From Candidatus Marinacidobacterium sp. (GTDB lineage: Bacteria; Acidobacteriota; Vicinamibacteria; Marinacidobacterales; Marinacidobacteraceae): a DNA stretch of 64,000 bases. The notes below the pieces were generated by a model, which saw nothing but the letters and a program-made list of their open reading frames with translations, searched no databases and was not told where the DNA came from. Both the position numbers and the translations under genes were made by a program. The stretch covers positions 1,120,001 through 1,184,000 of the forward strand of contig OZ244852.1 in assembly GCA_965220965.1 (NCBI GenBank). The letters are read 5' to 3'. Below are positions 1 to 9,114 of the stretch, piece after piece (position 1 is the first letter of the stretch; the number at the start of each line of letters is the position of its first letter).

Positions 1-953
1 TTTTCCTTCACCATCCGCCGCATCAGATCGGAGGCGTCCACCCGCCAATTCGCCTCGTTCGCGTGCCGGCCGGGTTTGCCGGCAAAGCGGTCTTCGTCCA
101 GCAGGCTCATGAAGAGCGAGAAGTTGGCCTCGATCCCCGAGTGGGGTGTCGCCGTCATGAGCAGCAGGTGGCGAGTCTTCTGCGAGAGAAGCCGACCGAG
201 CTGGAACCGCTTGGTGTACTTGATCTCGTCGCCGTAGTACTGGGCCGACATCTTGTGGGCCTCATCGCAGATCACCAGGTCGTAGCGGCAGTCCCGGGCC
301 CTGATCTGGCTCTGGAGCTCCTCGTTGCGGGACAGCATGTCGAGGCGGGCGATCCCGAACGGGGTCTCGAGGAACCAGTTGCCGCTGGCCGCGGTCTCGG
401 CCTTGTCTTTGGTCAGGATGTCGAACTGGAGCCGGAACTTCTGATCCAGCTCGTCCTGCCACTGCTCCACGAGCGCCCCGGGACACACCACGAGACAGCG
501 CTCCACATCCCCGCGGGCGATCAGCTCGCGGATGAGGAGGCCCGCCATGATCGTCTTCCCGGCGCCCGGGTCGTCGGCCAGCAGGAAGCGCAGCGGCTGG
601 CGCGGCAGCATCGCCTCGTAGACGGCGGTGATCTGGTGTGGCAGGGGCTCGACGTCGGACGTCTGGACCGCAAGGCGCGGGTCGTAGAGGTGCGCGAGGT
701 GGATGCGCTCCGCCTCCGCCGCGAGGCGAAACAGCGCGCCGTCGGCGTCGAACCGAAACGCCGGCTCTTCCGGCGCGACCTCGAGTCGGGACTCGTCGGC
801 GCGGTAGAGAACCCGCTCGTCGAGGCGGCCACCCTCGTCACGCGTGATCAGGGTGAGCGCGTCGTTTCCGTGCCACGTCAGGCTTTCGACGCGGACCGGC
901 GCCGACGCCAGACCGAGAACGTGAACCCCGGTCTGGAGATCTTCGAGCTTCAC
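1..953 (-). CDS. SNF2-family helicase of a DUF499/DUF1156 restriction-like system (5' part; runs off the window)
   Basis: Not in the ORF track (no stop in window). Manual translation from GTG at 953 gives MKLEDLQTG...PLPHQITAVY...RFLLADDPGAGKTIMAG (motif I)...LVICDEAHKM (DEAH)...LLLMTATPH (motif III)...DLMRRMVKE, open to position 1. Confidence 0.9.
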   Translation of the reverse strand, partial: MKLEDLQTGVHVLGLASAPVRVESLTWHGNDALTLITRDEGGRLDERVLYRADESRLEVAPEEPAFRFDADGALFRLAAEAERIHLAHLYDPRLAVQTSDVEPLPHQITAVYEAMLPRQPLRFLLADDPGAGKTIMAGLLIRELIARGDVERCLVVCPGALVEQWQDELDQKFRLQFDILTKDKAETAASGNWFLETPFGIARLDMLSRNEELQSQIRARDCRYDLVICDEAHKMSAQYYGDEIKYTKRFQLGRLLSQKTRHLLLMTATPHSGIEANFSLFMSLLDEDRFAGKPGRHANEANWRVDASDLMRRMVKE

Positions 954-969
954 GCCGGTGTTCCGGTGC

Positions 970-3900
970 TCATTCGTCCTCGAAGCCGTGTTTGGCGAAG
1001 CGGAGGGACTGGCTGTTCTCCCGGACGATCCTGACGATGTCCTCCGGGAACCCTTCGGACCGCTCGGCCGAGACCTCGAGGGTGACCTGGACATCGGCGC
1101 CGATCTGTCCGGAGAGATGAGCGATGACCTCTTCGGCGACTCTGGCCGCATCAGGTCCGATGCGCCCTGGATCGAGCGCGACCGAGCCGAAGAAGCGCCG
1201 TGACGTCGGGACCGGCGGGGGAGGTATCGGCGGATCCGGCGGGGGCACGGGCCCGGGTTCCCGATCCGCGGCCACCGCCTCCGGCCGCACCAGCACCCCC
1301 GGAGAATCGGGCGTCACCCGGTAGGCCTGCCCAGCGCTCACCCCAACGTAGCGCCCTTCTCCTTCATCGTAGGACTCGGCAAAGCCGAAGGTGTCCCGCT
1401 TCCAGCTCAGGAGCCCGAGCCCCTGCGTGATCGTCTCCGCGAGAACCTCCGGTCCCGCCAGACGGGGGCGCTCCAGGAGCTGCGCGTAGTAGTGGACCAG
1501 CTTCCGGATGGAGACGTGGTCGCCGTCCCAGAGCGGCACGCGGTCCAGATCCCGCCGCAGCAGCGTCGCGCCGTACTGCGTGATGAGGAGTTCTTCCTTC
1601 CGGGCCCGGACTGCAACGCGCTCGACGAGACCGCCCGATCCCTTGAGCCGCAGCGCCTCCCAGGTGACCGGGGCCTGCGGCCCCGTCTTCTTGGGCGCCA
1701 GCAACCAGCAGTAGGTCTCGCGCAACTGCGCCTCCACCCCCCGCTCCGCATCGTCCCGCCGCGCCTCCGCCTGCTTTCGTTGCGACGGCGCGAGATTCAG
1801 GCGGTCGGCGTCGTCAACGACCGAGCGCCACGCCAGAAGCCGACGGACCGCGCCTTCGAGATCCTGACTCCTTGTCTTGTCAGCCGCCAGGAACAGCAGG
1901 GTGTTCCGGAACTCCCGTGGCGCGTTGCCGCGCCATTCCAGGATCTTCTGCGCCTTCCCCACGGCGGGGTCATCCCCCTCTCCCTTCACGCACGGTGTAT
2001 CGGTGGAGAGGATCACGAGTCGGACGCGCGTCTCGTCGGGCACATCCCCCGATTCGCGCGGCGCTGCGTGGATCGCCGCGAAATCCCCACGCCTCTTCGC
2101 CTCCTCGCGGAGGCGTTTCCCGACCTCCTGCGCCACATCGTCGCCCCGGCATTCCTGCGCCCGATCCCGGGCGAGCTTGGTAACCGTCGGCTGGATGTCG
2201 TACCAGTAGCGGGAGCCGTCGGCGTAGAGATACGTCCCGCGTTCCGTGAGGCGGCGCAACGCATCCTCGTAGACCGCGATCCGTTGTCCCGGAATGGCGC
2301 ATCCGAGTCGGATGCGGCGGGCCTCGATCCCCTGCTGGGCCGCTTTCTGCTTCGGCGCCGACCCCAGGAATATGGTGCGGGCGACCTTCCCGGCGGCCCG
2401 CACCCGGCCGAAGTTGGCGTTCGACTTATCGATCTCGAGCGGCAGCGATCGGTCGCCATCCACGTCCTGATCGAGGATCGAGTCCCAGGGATCCTCCAGG
2501 TAACGAAGCAGCTCGGACCGCACCGGCCCCGGGTCCAGAGGGATCATGGACGGCAGGATCAGCGGGCTCTGATCGTTCGATTCCCACAGCGAGTGGATGA
2601 CCGCCGCCATCAGGCGAAGGACGCCCCGGGTGCGCTGGAAGCGGAGCCGCGAGGCCCAGTCTTCGTAAAGCCGGTCAAAGACCTCCGGGTGGATCGGGTA
2701 GGCGCTCTCGATTCGCTCGCGGTACGGGACCTCGGAGCAGGCCCTCGGAAAGTCCGCCCGGCCCTCCCGGTAATACTCGGCGAACCGCCGGGCGGTCTGG
2801 TCCCGGTGCTTGTAGTGACTGCCGGGCATGTTCTCGAACAGCCTCCGCCGGACGATCTCGAAGCCCTCCTCCGATGTCGCTGGCTTCCACGATGAGGCCA
2901 CGCGACCGAGAACATTCCGCAGCTTGTCAAGGGCCTGCCGACCCCGCACTCCGCCGACCTCCTCGTCCATGTCGTCGGAGGAGGCGTGTCCCTCGCTGGA
3001 CGCCGGGAGCGAGATCACGAGCAGGCAGTTCTTCGCCTGCTTGACCGTTTCGGTGAGGGCCTGGGCGAACGAGAACTGCGTCTCGAACGATCCACCGGGA
3101 AGGTCGGAGCGGTCCTGAAGCTGGCGGGCGTAGGCCACCCATTCGTCCACCAGGATCAGGGCCGGCCCGTAACGCTCGAGCAACTTGCCGAGCGCCGCCC
3201 CCGGGTTGGTGGCTTTTTCGTCGTCGGTCCGGATCCGGGCGAAGGCCTCCGGGCCGCCGAGTTGCCAGGCGAGTTCTCCCCAGAGCGTTCGGACGATCAC
3301 GCCGTCGGGCTTTTTCTGCGGGCTACCGGGTGAGATGCGGTTCCCGACGAGAACCACGCGCCGCACGTTCGATGGCAGTTCGGTGATCTCCGCCTTGGAA
3401 AGCAGGTTGTCCACACCGTACAGATCCGAGGCCGGCTTTCCGGAAAAGAGGTGGTAGAGCGCCAGCATCGAGTGGGTCTTGCCCCCACCAAAGTTCGTCT
3501 GGAGGTCGACCACCGGGTCTCCGCCAACCCCGGAGAGCCGGCGCACACCCCCGGTCAGCAAGGCCCGGAGTCCCGCGGTGAGATGGGTTCGCCGGAAAAA
3601 CTGGCCGGGATCGCCGTACTCGGCCCCCACGGCTCCCGCATCGTCATGGACGGCGTGGAGATCCGCCGCGAACTCGGCCTGCTGGTAGGCGCCTCCCCGA
3701 ACATCCTCGTGCGGCGTGATGACGTCCCGCCACGGCTTCAGTCCCTCGACCGGCCCCTCCGCAACGCGTTCCTTCCGCTTCCGGCGGCGATCCGCGTCAC
3801 GCGCCCGTTCCTCGTACCGGAGGCGAAGAAGCTCGTCCTTCATCGGGACCAACTGAGCGGCCTGCGAGGCCGACACCGCCGCCAGGAGTCGCTCGGCGTC

Positions 3901-4242
3901 ATCCAGCGCGCGGAAGGCCTCGTCGCCGGAAAACGTCTGCTGGTGAGCCCAACGGTTCCGCGCCGCCTTCAGAGCGTGGATCAGACTCCGCTCGGCGTTT
4001 CCGAGCGGAAACCGGAAGACCGGATCCCAGAGATCGAGCATCACCCCGAGGAGCGCGGCGGCGTCCCATCCCTCCGGGAACGACTTCGCCTGGTTCCGCG
4101 ACCGCGCCAGCGCGGAAAGCGCGTCCCGGCCGACGCGTTGCTTCTCTATTCCGCTCTGGACCTCCCGCTCGATGAAGGGGGCGAGCCCCTGCTGCAGCAG
4201 GTCGAGCGCCTTCCCGACCTGATCGCGGTTCGTCAGTGCCAC
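970..4242 (-). CDS. Swt1-like HEPN + DUF499 AAA+ ATPase (BrxC-related) of a restriction-like defence system
   Basis: 1090 aa. N-terminal HEPN Rx4H motif (RNRWAH); LKPWRDVITPHEDV..YQQAEFAADL; Walker A QTNFGGGKTHS; Walker B ILVDEW; AYPIHPEVFDRLY and FQRTRGVLRLMA typical of DUF499 proteins. Confidence 0.9.
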   Translation of the reverse strand: MALTNRDQVGKALDLLQQGLAPFIEREVQSGIEKQRVGRDALSALARSRNQAKSFPEGWDAAALLGVMLDLWDPVFRFPLGNAERSLIHALKAARNRWAHQQTFSGDEAFRALDDAERLLAAVSASQAAQLVPMKDELLRLRYEERARDADRRRKRKERVAEGPVEGLKPWRDVITPHEDVRGGAYQQAEFAADLHAVHDDAGAVGAEYGDPGQFFRRTHLTAGLRALLTGGVRRLSGVGGDPVVDLQTNFGGGKTHSMLALYHLFSGKPASDLYGVDNLLSKAEITELPSNVRRVVLVGNRISPGSPQKKPDGVIVRTLWGELAWQLGGPEAFARIRTDDEKATNPGAALGKLLERYGPALILVDEWVAYARQLQDRSDLPGGSFETQFSFAQALTETVKQAKNCLLVISLPASSEGHASSDDMDEEVGGVRGRQALDKLRNVLGRVASSWKPATSEEGFEIVRRRLFENMPGSHYKHRDQTARRFAEYYREGRADFPRACSEVPYRERIESAYPIHPEVFDRLYEDWASRLRFQRTRGVLRLMAAVIHSLWESNDQSPLILPSMIPLDPGPVRSELLRYLEDPWDSILDQDVDGDRSLPLEIDKSNANFGRVRAAGKVARTIFLGSAPKQKAAQQGIEARRIRLGCAIPGQRIAVYEDALRRLTERGTYLYADGSRYWYDIQPTVTKLARDRAQECRGDDVAQEVGKRLREEAKRRGDFAAIHAAPRESGDVPDETRVRLVILSTDTPCVKGEGDDPAVGKAQKILEWRGNAPREFRNTLLFLAADKTRSQDLEGAVRRLLAWRSVVDDADRLNLAPSQRKQAEARRDDAERGVEAQLRETYCWLLAPKKTGPQAPVTWEALRLKGSGGLVERVAVRARKEELLITQYGATLLRRDLDRVPLWDGDHVSIRKLVHYYAQLLERPRLAGPEVLAETITQGLGLLSWKRDTFGFAESYDEGEGRYVGVSAGQAYRVTPDSPGVLVRPEAVAADREPGPVPPPDPPIPPPPVPTSRRFFGSVALDPGRIGPDAARVAEEVIAHLSGQIGADVQVTLEVSAERSEGFPEDIVRIVRENSQSLRFAKHGFEDE

Positions 4243-4331
4243 AAGATTTCCTCCATCCGACGTTCGGGACGCGGATGTGAACGGATCTTATGCGGGTCGC
4301 CGGTCAGAACCTGTCACTTGCCGACTCCGCT

Positions 4332-5246
4332 TCACCGCGCGCTGCGGGGCCGCCGTGACGCCTCGAAATCACGGGAAGGATCGAGCAGAGCGGCGATCGC
4401 GCTCCCGATCCGTTCGGCCGCCGCCTCCAGATCCCGGTCGCCCACATGGGTGTAGCGCAGGGTCATCCGCGTCCCGCTGTGCCCGAGCAGGCGGGAGACG
4501 ACGGGGAGGGGCGTTCCCCGCAGCACCGCGTGGCTCGCGAACGTGTGCCTCAGATCGTGCAGGCGAACATCCTCGATGCGGGCGTCACGGCGCACCTTGC
4601 GCCAGAGGGAAAGCTCCGAAGATCGAGGCTGGGACGGATCTCGAAGGCAGGGGAAGACCCAGGGGCTCCCGTTGCGAGGCTGCCTCCGCAGGATGTTCCG
4701 GGCGGGCGCATTCAGAAGCACCGTGCGAGCGCCGGTCTTGCTGTCCGGTAGGTGAAGCATGTCGTCGTCCACGTCGCGGCAGCGCAGATGCACGAGTTCT
4801 CCCTTGCGGCAGCCGGTGAGGAGCAGAAGGCGCAGAATGTCCGCCTGTTGGCCTCCGGACCCTCGGCCCCGATGACGATCTATGGCGCGGTGCAGCCTCC
4901 GGACTTCCGTCCGTGACAGGAATCGGGTCCGGCGGACCTCCGGGTTGCGCACGACTCCGCGCGCCGGATTGCGACGGAGATGCCCGCAGGCCACGGCGTG
5001 ATTCAGGATCTGGCGCAGGATGTCGAGGGTCCGGTTGGCGCCGGCCGGGGCGCTCGCGCTGTAGCGGTCGAACCAGGCATGGACGACGCGCGGCTGGATG
5101 CGTGTCACGCGGCGTCCCCCGAACGTGGGCAGCAGTTGGGTTCGCAGCGCGCTGTCCACCCGCCGGCGGGTTGAGGGCTTCAAGCGCTGGTAGCACTCGG
5201 CCCTCCACCGACCGCTCACGAACTCCGCAAACGTTGGCGCGGTCAA
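4332..5246 (-). CDS. Tyrosine recombinase/integrase (copy 1 of tandem pair)
   Basis: Full catalytic set: LLTGCRKGE (R), DSKTG (K), RLHDLRHTFAS (HxxR), LLGH, TLRY (Tyr). No obvious arm-binding N-domain. Confidence 0.92.
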   Translation of the reverse strand: MTAPTFAEFVSGRWRAECYQRLKPSTRRRVDSALRTQLLPTFGGRRVTRIQPRVVHAWFDRYSASAPAGANRTLDILRQILNHAVACGHLRRNPARGVVRNPEVRRTRFLSRTEVRRLHRAIDRHRGRGSGGQQADILRLLLLTGCRKGELVHLRCRDVDDDMLHLPDSKTGARTVLLNAPARNILRRQPRNGSPWVFPCLRDPSQPRSSELSLWRKVRRDARIEDVRLHDLRHTFASHAVLRGTPLPVVSRLLGHSGTRMTLRYTHVGDRDLEAAAERIGSAIAALLDPSRDFEASRRPRSAR

Positions 5247-5248
5247 GC

Positions 5249-6154
5249 TCAGCCCCCGAGCGCCCGCCCGACCCGCTCGGAGGCGAGACGAGCCATGGCG
5301 TCGCCGAAGTGGAGGTAGCGGAGCGTCGTCGCCGGGTCGCGGTGGCCGAGCAGTCGGCCGATGGTCAGCACCGTCTCTCCTCGCCGCAACGCAAGGCTGG
5401 CGTAGGTGTGCCGAAGGTCGTGGAGCCGGACGTCCGGGAGGTCAGCCATCCTTCTCAGGCTCCGCCAGTGGCGCGACAGGGTCTCGGAGGGCATCGGCCC
5501 CGAACCCCGGCTCGCCGGGAAGACCCACACGCTGCGCCGAGGCAGCAGGTCCAGGACCGAGCGCGCCGCGCGCGAAAGCCAGACAGTGCGCGGGCCAACC
5601 TTGCTGTCGCTCAGGAACAGACAGTCCTCCCGGTAGTCGGACCACCGGAGCGCCCGGATCTCGCTCTGCCGGCAGCCGGTCAGCAGGAGGAGCCGGACCA
5701 GGGCGGCAGGTAAGGGGATGTTGCTCTGCTCGGCGGCGAGCGTCGCGCCGAGCCGCCGGGTCTCCTCCATCGTCAGGAAGCGTTGCCTGCCCGGTCGCCG
5801 GTAGCGCCGGATCCCGAGGCACGGGTTCGCGCCCCGTCGCCGGTAGCCGTAGATCTCAGCCTGACGAAGGATGACCGACAGGATGGGAAGCGAACGATCG
5901 GCGGCCGCGGGAGTCTTGTGCAGGGCGGAGAACCACCGCTGCACCTCGGCGCGCGTGATGGAGCGCACCGGTCGCTCCCCGAACCAGGGGAGGATCTGGT
6001 TGCGCAAGTAGATCCGGTTCACCGCCAGGGTGCTCGGCTTCCAGGTCCGGCCGTAGCGTTGGAAGACTTCGCTTGCGACGGCATGAAAGCGGTGGCCGCG
6101 CGTCGGAGAGCGGCGTGGTGAGTCGTGTGTCGGCATGTGAGCAAGGATCGCCAC
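5249..6154 (-). CDS. Tyrosine recombinase/integrase (copy 2 of tandem pair)
   Basis: LLTGCRQSE, DSKVG, RLHDLRHTYAS, LLGH, TLRY. Ends 2 bp before copy 1 starts. Start may be GTG 6154 or a later ATG. Confidence 0.92.
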   Translation of the reverse strand: MAILAHMPTHDSPRRSPTRGHRFHAVASEVFQRYGRTWKPSTLAVNRIYLRNQILPWFGERPVRSITRAEVQRWFSALHKTPAAADRSLPILSVILRQAEIYGYRRRGANPCLGIRRYRRPGRQRFLTMEETRRLGATLAAEQSNIPLPAALVRLLLLTGCRQSEIRALRWSDYREDCLFLSDSKVGPRTVWLSRAARSVLDLLPRRSVWVFPASRGSGPMPSETLSRHWRSLRRMADLPDVRLHDLRHTYASLALRRGETVLTIGRLLGHRDPATTLRYLHFGDAMARLASERVGRALGG

Positions 6155-6247
6155 AAAGGGGAGCCATTGACGGGAGGTTCGGAGTCACAGGAGGGGCGCC
6201 GCGGAACCTCTTGTCCCGCAAGTCTTTGGGGTGTCCTGGAGGCTCCG

Positions 6248-9110
6248 ATACCCTCTACCCTCGTGGCCGCGCGCAAGCTGATCGAGACCTCGCTGCCGCT
6301 GGACGCGATCAACGCTGCGGGCGCTCGCGAGAAGTCCATCCGCCACGGGCACCCTTCTACGCTGCACCTCTGGTGGGCGCGCCGGCCGCTCGCGGCGGCG
6401 CGGGCGGTCCTGTTCGCCCAGATGGTGGACGATCCGGACGAGGAGCGGTTCCCGACCGAGGAAGCGCGGCAGGCGGAGCGTGAGCGCCTGTTCGACATCC
6501 TGCGCCGGCTGGTGCTGTGGGAGAACACCACTAACGAGGAGGTGCTCGAGGAGGCGCGAGAGGAGATCCGCAAGAGCTGGCGGCGCGCGTGCGAGGACAA
6601 CCGCGACCACCCCCGCGCCGCCGAGCTCTTCGACCCGGAGCGCCTCCCCGCGTTCCATGACCCCTTCGCCGGGGGCGGCGCCATCCCGCTGGAAGCCCAG
6701 CGGCTCGGGCTCGAGGCGCACGCCAGCGACCTGAACCCGGTCGCCGTCCTGATCAACAAGGCGCTGATCGAGATCCCGCCGAAGTTCGCCGGGAAGCCGC
6801 CGGTGAACCCGGAGGCGTGCAGCCAGCCGAAGCTCTCGCAGCGGAGCTGGAAGGGAGCGACCGGCCTTGCGGAGGACATCCGCCACTATGGCCAGTGGAT
6901 GCGGGACGAGGCGGAGAAGCGGATCGGACACCTCTACCCGAAGGTCGCGGTCACAACACAGATGGTCGAGGAGCGGCCGGACCTGAAGCGCTACGCGGGT
7001 CGGGAGCTGACGGTCATCGCGTGGCTCTGGGCGCGGACGGTGCGGAGCCCGAACCCAGCGTTCCGGGACGTGGAGGTTCCGCTGGCGTCAAGCTTCGTGC
7101 TTTCGGCGAAGAAGGGGAAGGAGGCGTGGGTGGAGCCGGTCGTGGAGGGGCGCAGCTACCGCTTCCGGGTGCGGACGGGAACGCCTTCGGACGAGGCGAA
7201 GAGGGGCACAAAGTCTGGCGGGAGCGGGAGTTCCTTCCTCTGCCTGTTGTCCGGAGTCCCAATGCTCTTTCCGTATCTGCGATCCGAAGGCAAGGGGGGG
7301 CGCCTGAGGTCCCGCTTGATGGCCGTTGTCGCGGCGGGTGACCGGGAGCGCGTGTATCTGAGCCCCAACCAGGAACAGGTGCGCGCGTCCGTAGCGGCGA
7401 AGCCGGATGTGCTTCCGGAGACAGCTCTTCCGGCTAGAGCCTTGGGCTTTCGCGTTCAGGAATACGGAATGCTCCGATGGTCCGACCTCTTCACCGATCG
7501 TCAGCTCGTTGCGCTGACGACATTCTCCGATCTCGTCGGTGAGGCCATGGATCGCATCCGCCGGGATGCGTCCATAGCGGGGCTCCGGGACGACGGGATT
7601 GCACTGCGGAAGGGCGGCGTTGGCGCGCTCGCGTATGCCGAGGCGGTGGCGGTGTATCTGGCGTTCGCGCTGAGCAAACAAGCCGATTTGGGAAACAGCC
7701 TGTGTCGCTGGGAGCCCCTCGCACAGTGTCCACGTCAGCTCTTTGCACGACAGGCGATTCCGATGGTGTGGGACTTCGCCGAAGGGAATCCGTTGGGGTA
7801 CAGCTCCGGTTCCTGGACGGTTTGCGTTGAGGGGATTGCCAAGGCCTTCACTCGAGCGTTTCGCGTCGCTCGGACAGATGCCGTTGGTGTGGCCCGGCAG
7901 ATGGATGCCCAGTCGCAGGGCCTATCGCGAGGCCGGGTCGTCTCTGCGGATCCACCCTACTACGACAACATCGGCTATGCGGACCTCTCGGATTTCTTCT
8001 ATGTCTGGCTGCGCCGGTCGCTGAGGTCAGTGTGTCCCGAGCTGTTCGCCACCCTGTCAACACCCAAGGCAGACGAGCTCATCGCCACGCCGTATCGACA
8101 CGGCGGCACAGAAGAAGCCGAGACCTTTTTTCTGGAGGGTATGTCGACCTGCCTGCGTCGCATCGCCGTCGATGCACATCCGATGTTCCCGATTTCCGTC
8201 TATTACGCTCGGAAACAGAGTGAGCAGCGGGGTGCCCGGGGAAACAGGACGGGTTGGGAGACATTCCTTGAATCTGTTGTACGTGCCGGTGTTTCCGTAC
8301 ACGGTACGTGGCCCATGCGCACAGAAAACGCGAGTCGAATGACCGGCCAGGGGACGAACGCGCTCGCCTCCAGCATCGTTCTCGTCTGCCGTCGCCGTCC
8401 GGACGATGCCCCGACCGCGTCCCGCCGCGAGTTTGTAACGGCATTGCGCCGGAAACTTCCCGTCTCGTTGCGGCTTCTGCGTAGCGGCAACATTGCCCCC
8501 GTAGACCTCGCCCAGGCTGCTATCGGTCGCGGGATGGCGATATACACCCGTTACGCCCAAGTGCTTGATGCATCCGGAACTCCGGTCCCGGTGCGGGACG
8601 CTCTGGCGTTGATCGACCAGGTCCGCATTGAGGAACTCACACGAGCGGAAGGAGACTTCGACAAGGAGAGCCGCTGGGCTCTCGCCTGGTTCGACAGTCA
8701 CGGGTTCGCCGAGGGGCCCTTCGGCGAGGCGGAGACGCTCTCGACGGCCACGAACACAAGCGTGGCAACGATGGCAAGAGTCGGAATCCTCGAATCGCGG
8801 GGAGGTAGTAGCCCCAGAGGAGGCGGTAGCAGAGTTCCCGGTACGCGGGGACCCGCCCGACAGCGCCCTCCGCACAGGGTCGGGGTGCCGTCCATCACCT
8901 GATCCGGGCGCACGAGTCGGAGGGAGAGGACGGCGCTGCGACACTCGGCAAGAAGCTCGGCGCGAAGGCCGATGCCGCCCGCGAACTCTGCTACCGCCTC
9001 CACTCGGTCGCCGACCGCAAGGGAAGGCCTGCCGAAGCCCTGCGGTACAACACCTCGTCCAGAGTTGGCCGGAGATCCAGAGGCTCATGCGGACGCCAGC
9101 TTGGACGTGA
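6248..9110 (+). pseudogene. DUF1156 adenine DNA methyltransferase, copy A (no clear start codon; frameshifted C-terminal tail)
   Basis: ORF 6125-8902 carries [27 protein letters not shown], motif [10 protein letters not shown] and motif [10 protein letters not shown]. After GILESRGG (~8805) the family-like tail continues in other frames (AVHHLIRAHE..ARELCYRL..EALRYN, then LVQSWPEIQRL) to TGA at 9110. GGAGG 6238-6242 is followed by an in-frame ATA (6248); GTG 6263 is an alternative start. Confidence 0.8.
8522..8555 (+). repeat. Left arm of a perfect 34-bp inverted repeat (candidate inversion site)
   Basis: ATCGGTCGCGGGATGGCGATATACACCCGTTACG; exact reverse complement at 9303-9336. Confidence 0.9.
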
Positions 9111-9114
9111 GCCG

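Noticed and set aside
63-1034. 323-aa + strand ORF, and similar long ORFs such as 1492-2895, 22160-24508, 33140-35782 and 42661-45564
   Set aside because: Antisense or alternate-frame shadows of well-supported genes in high-GC DNA; no recognisable motifs.
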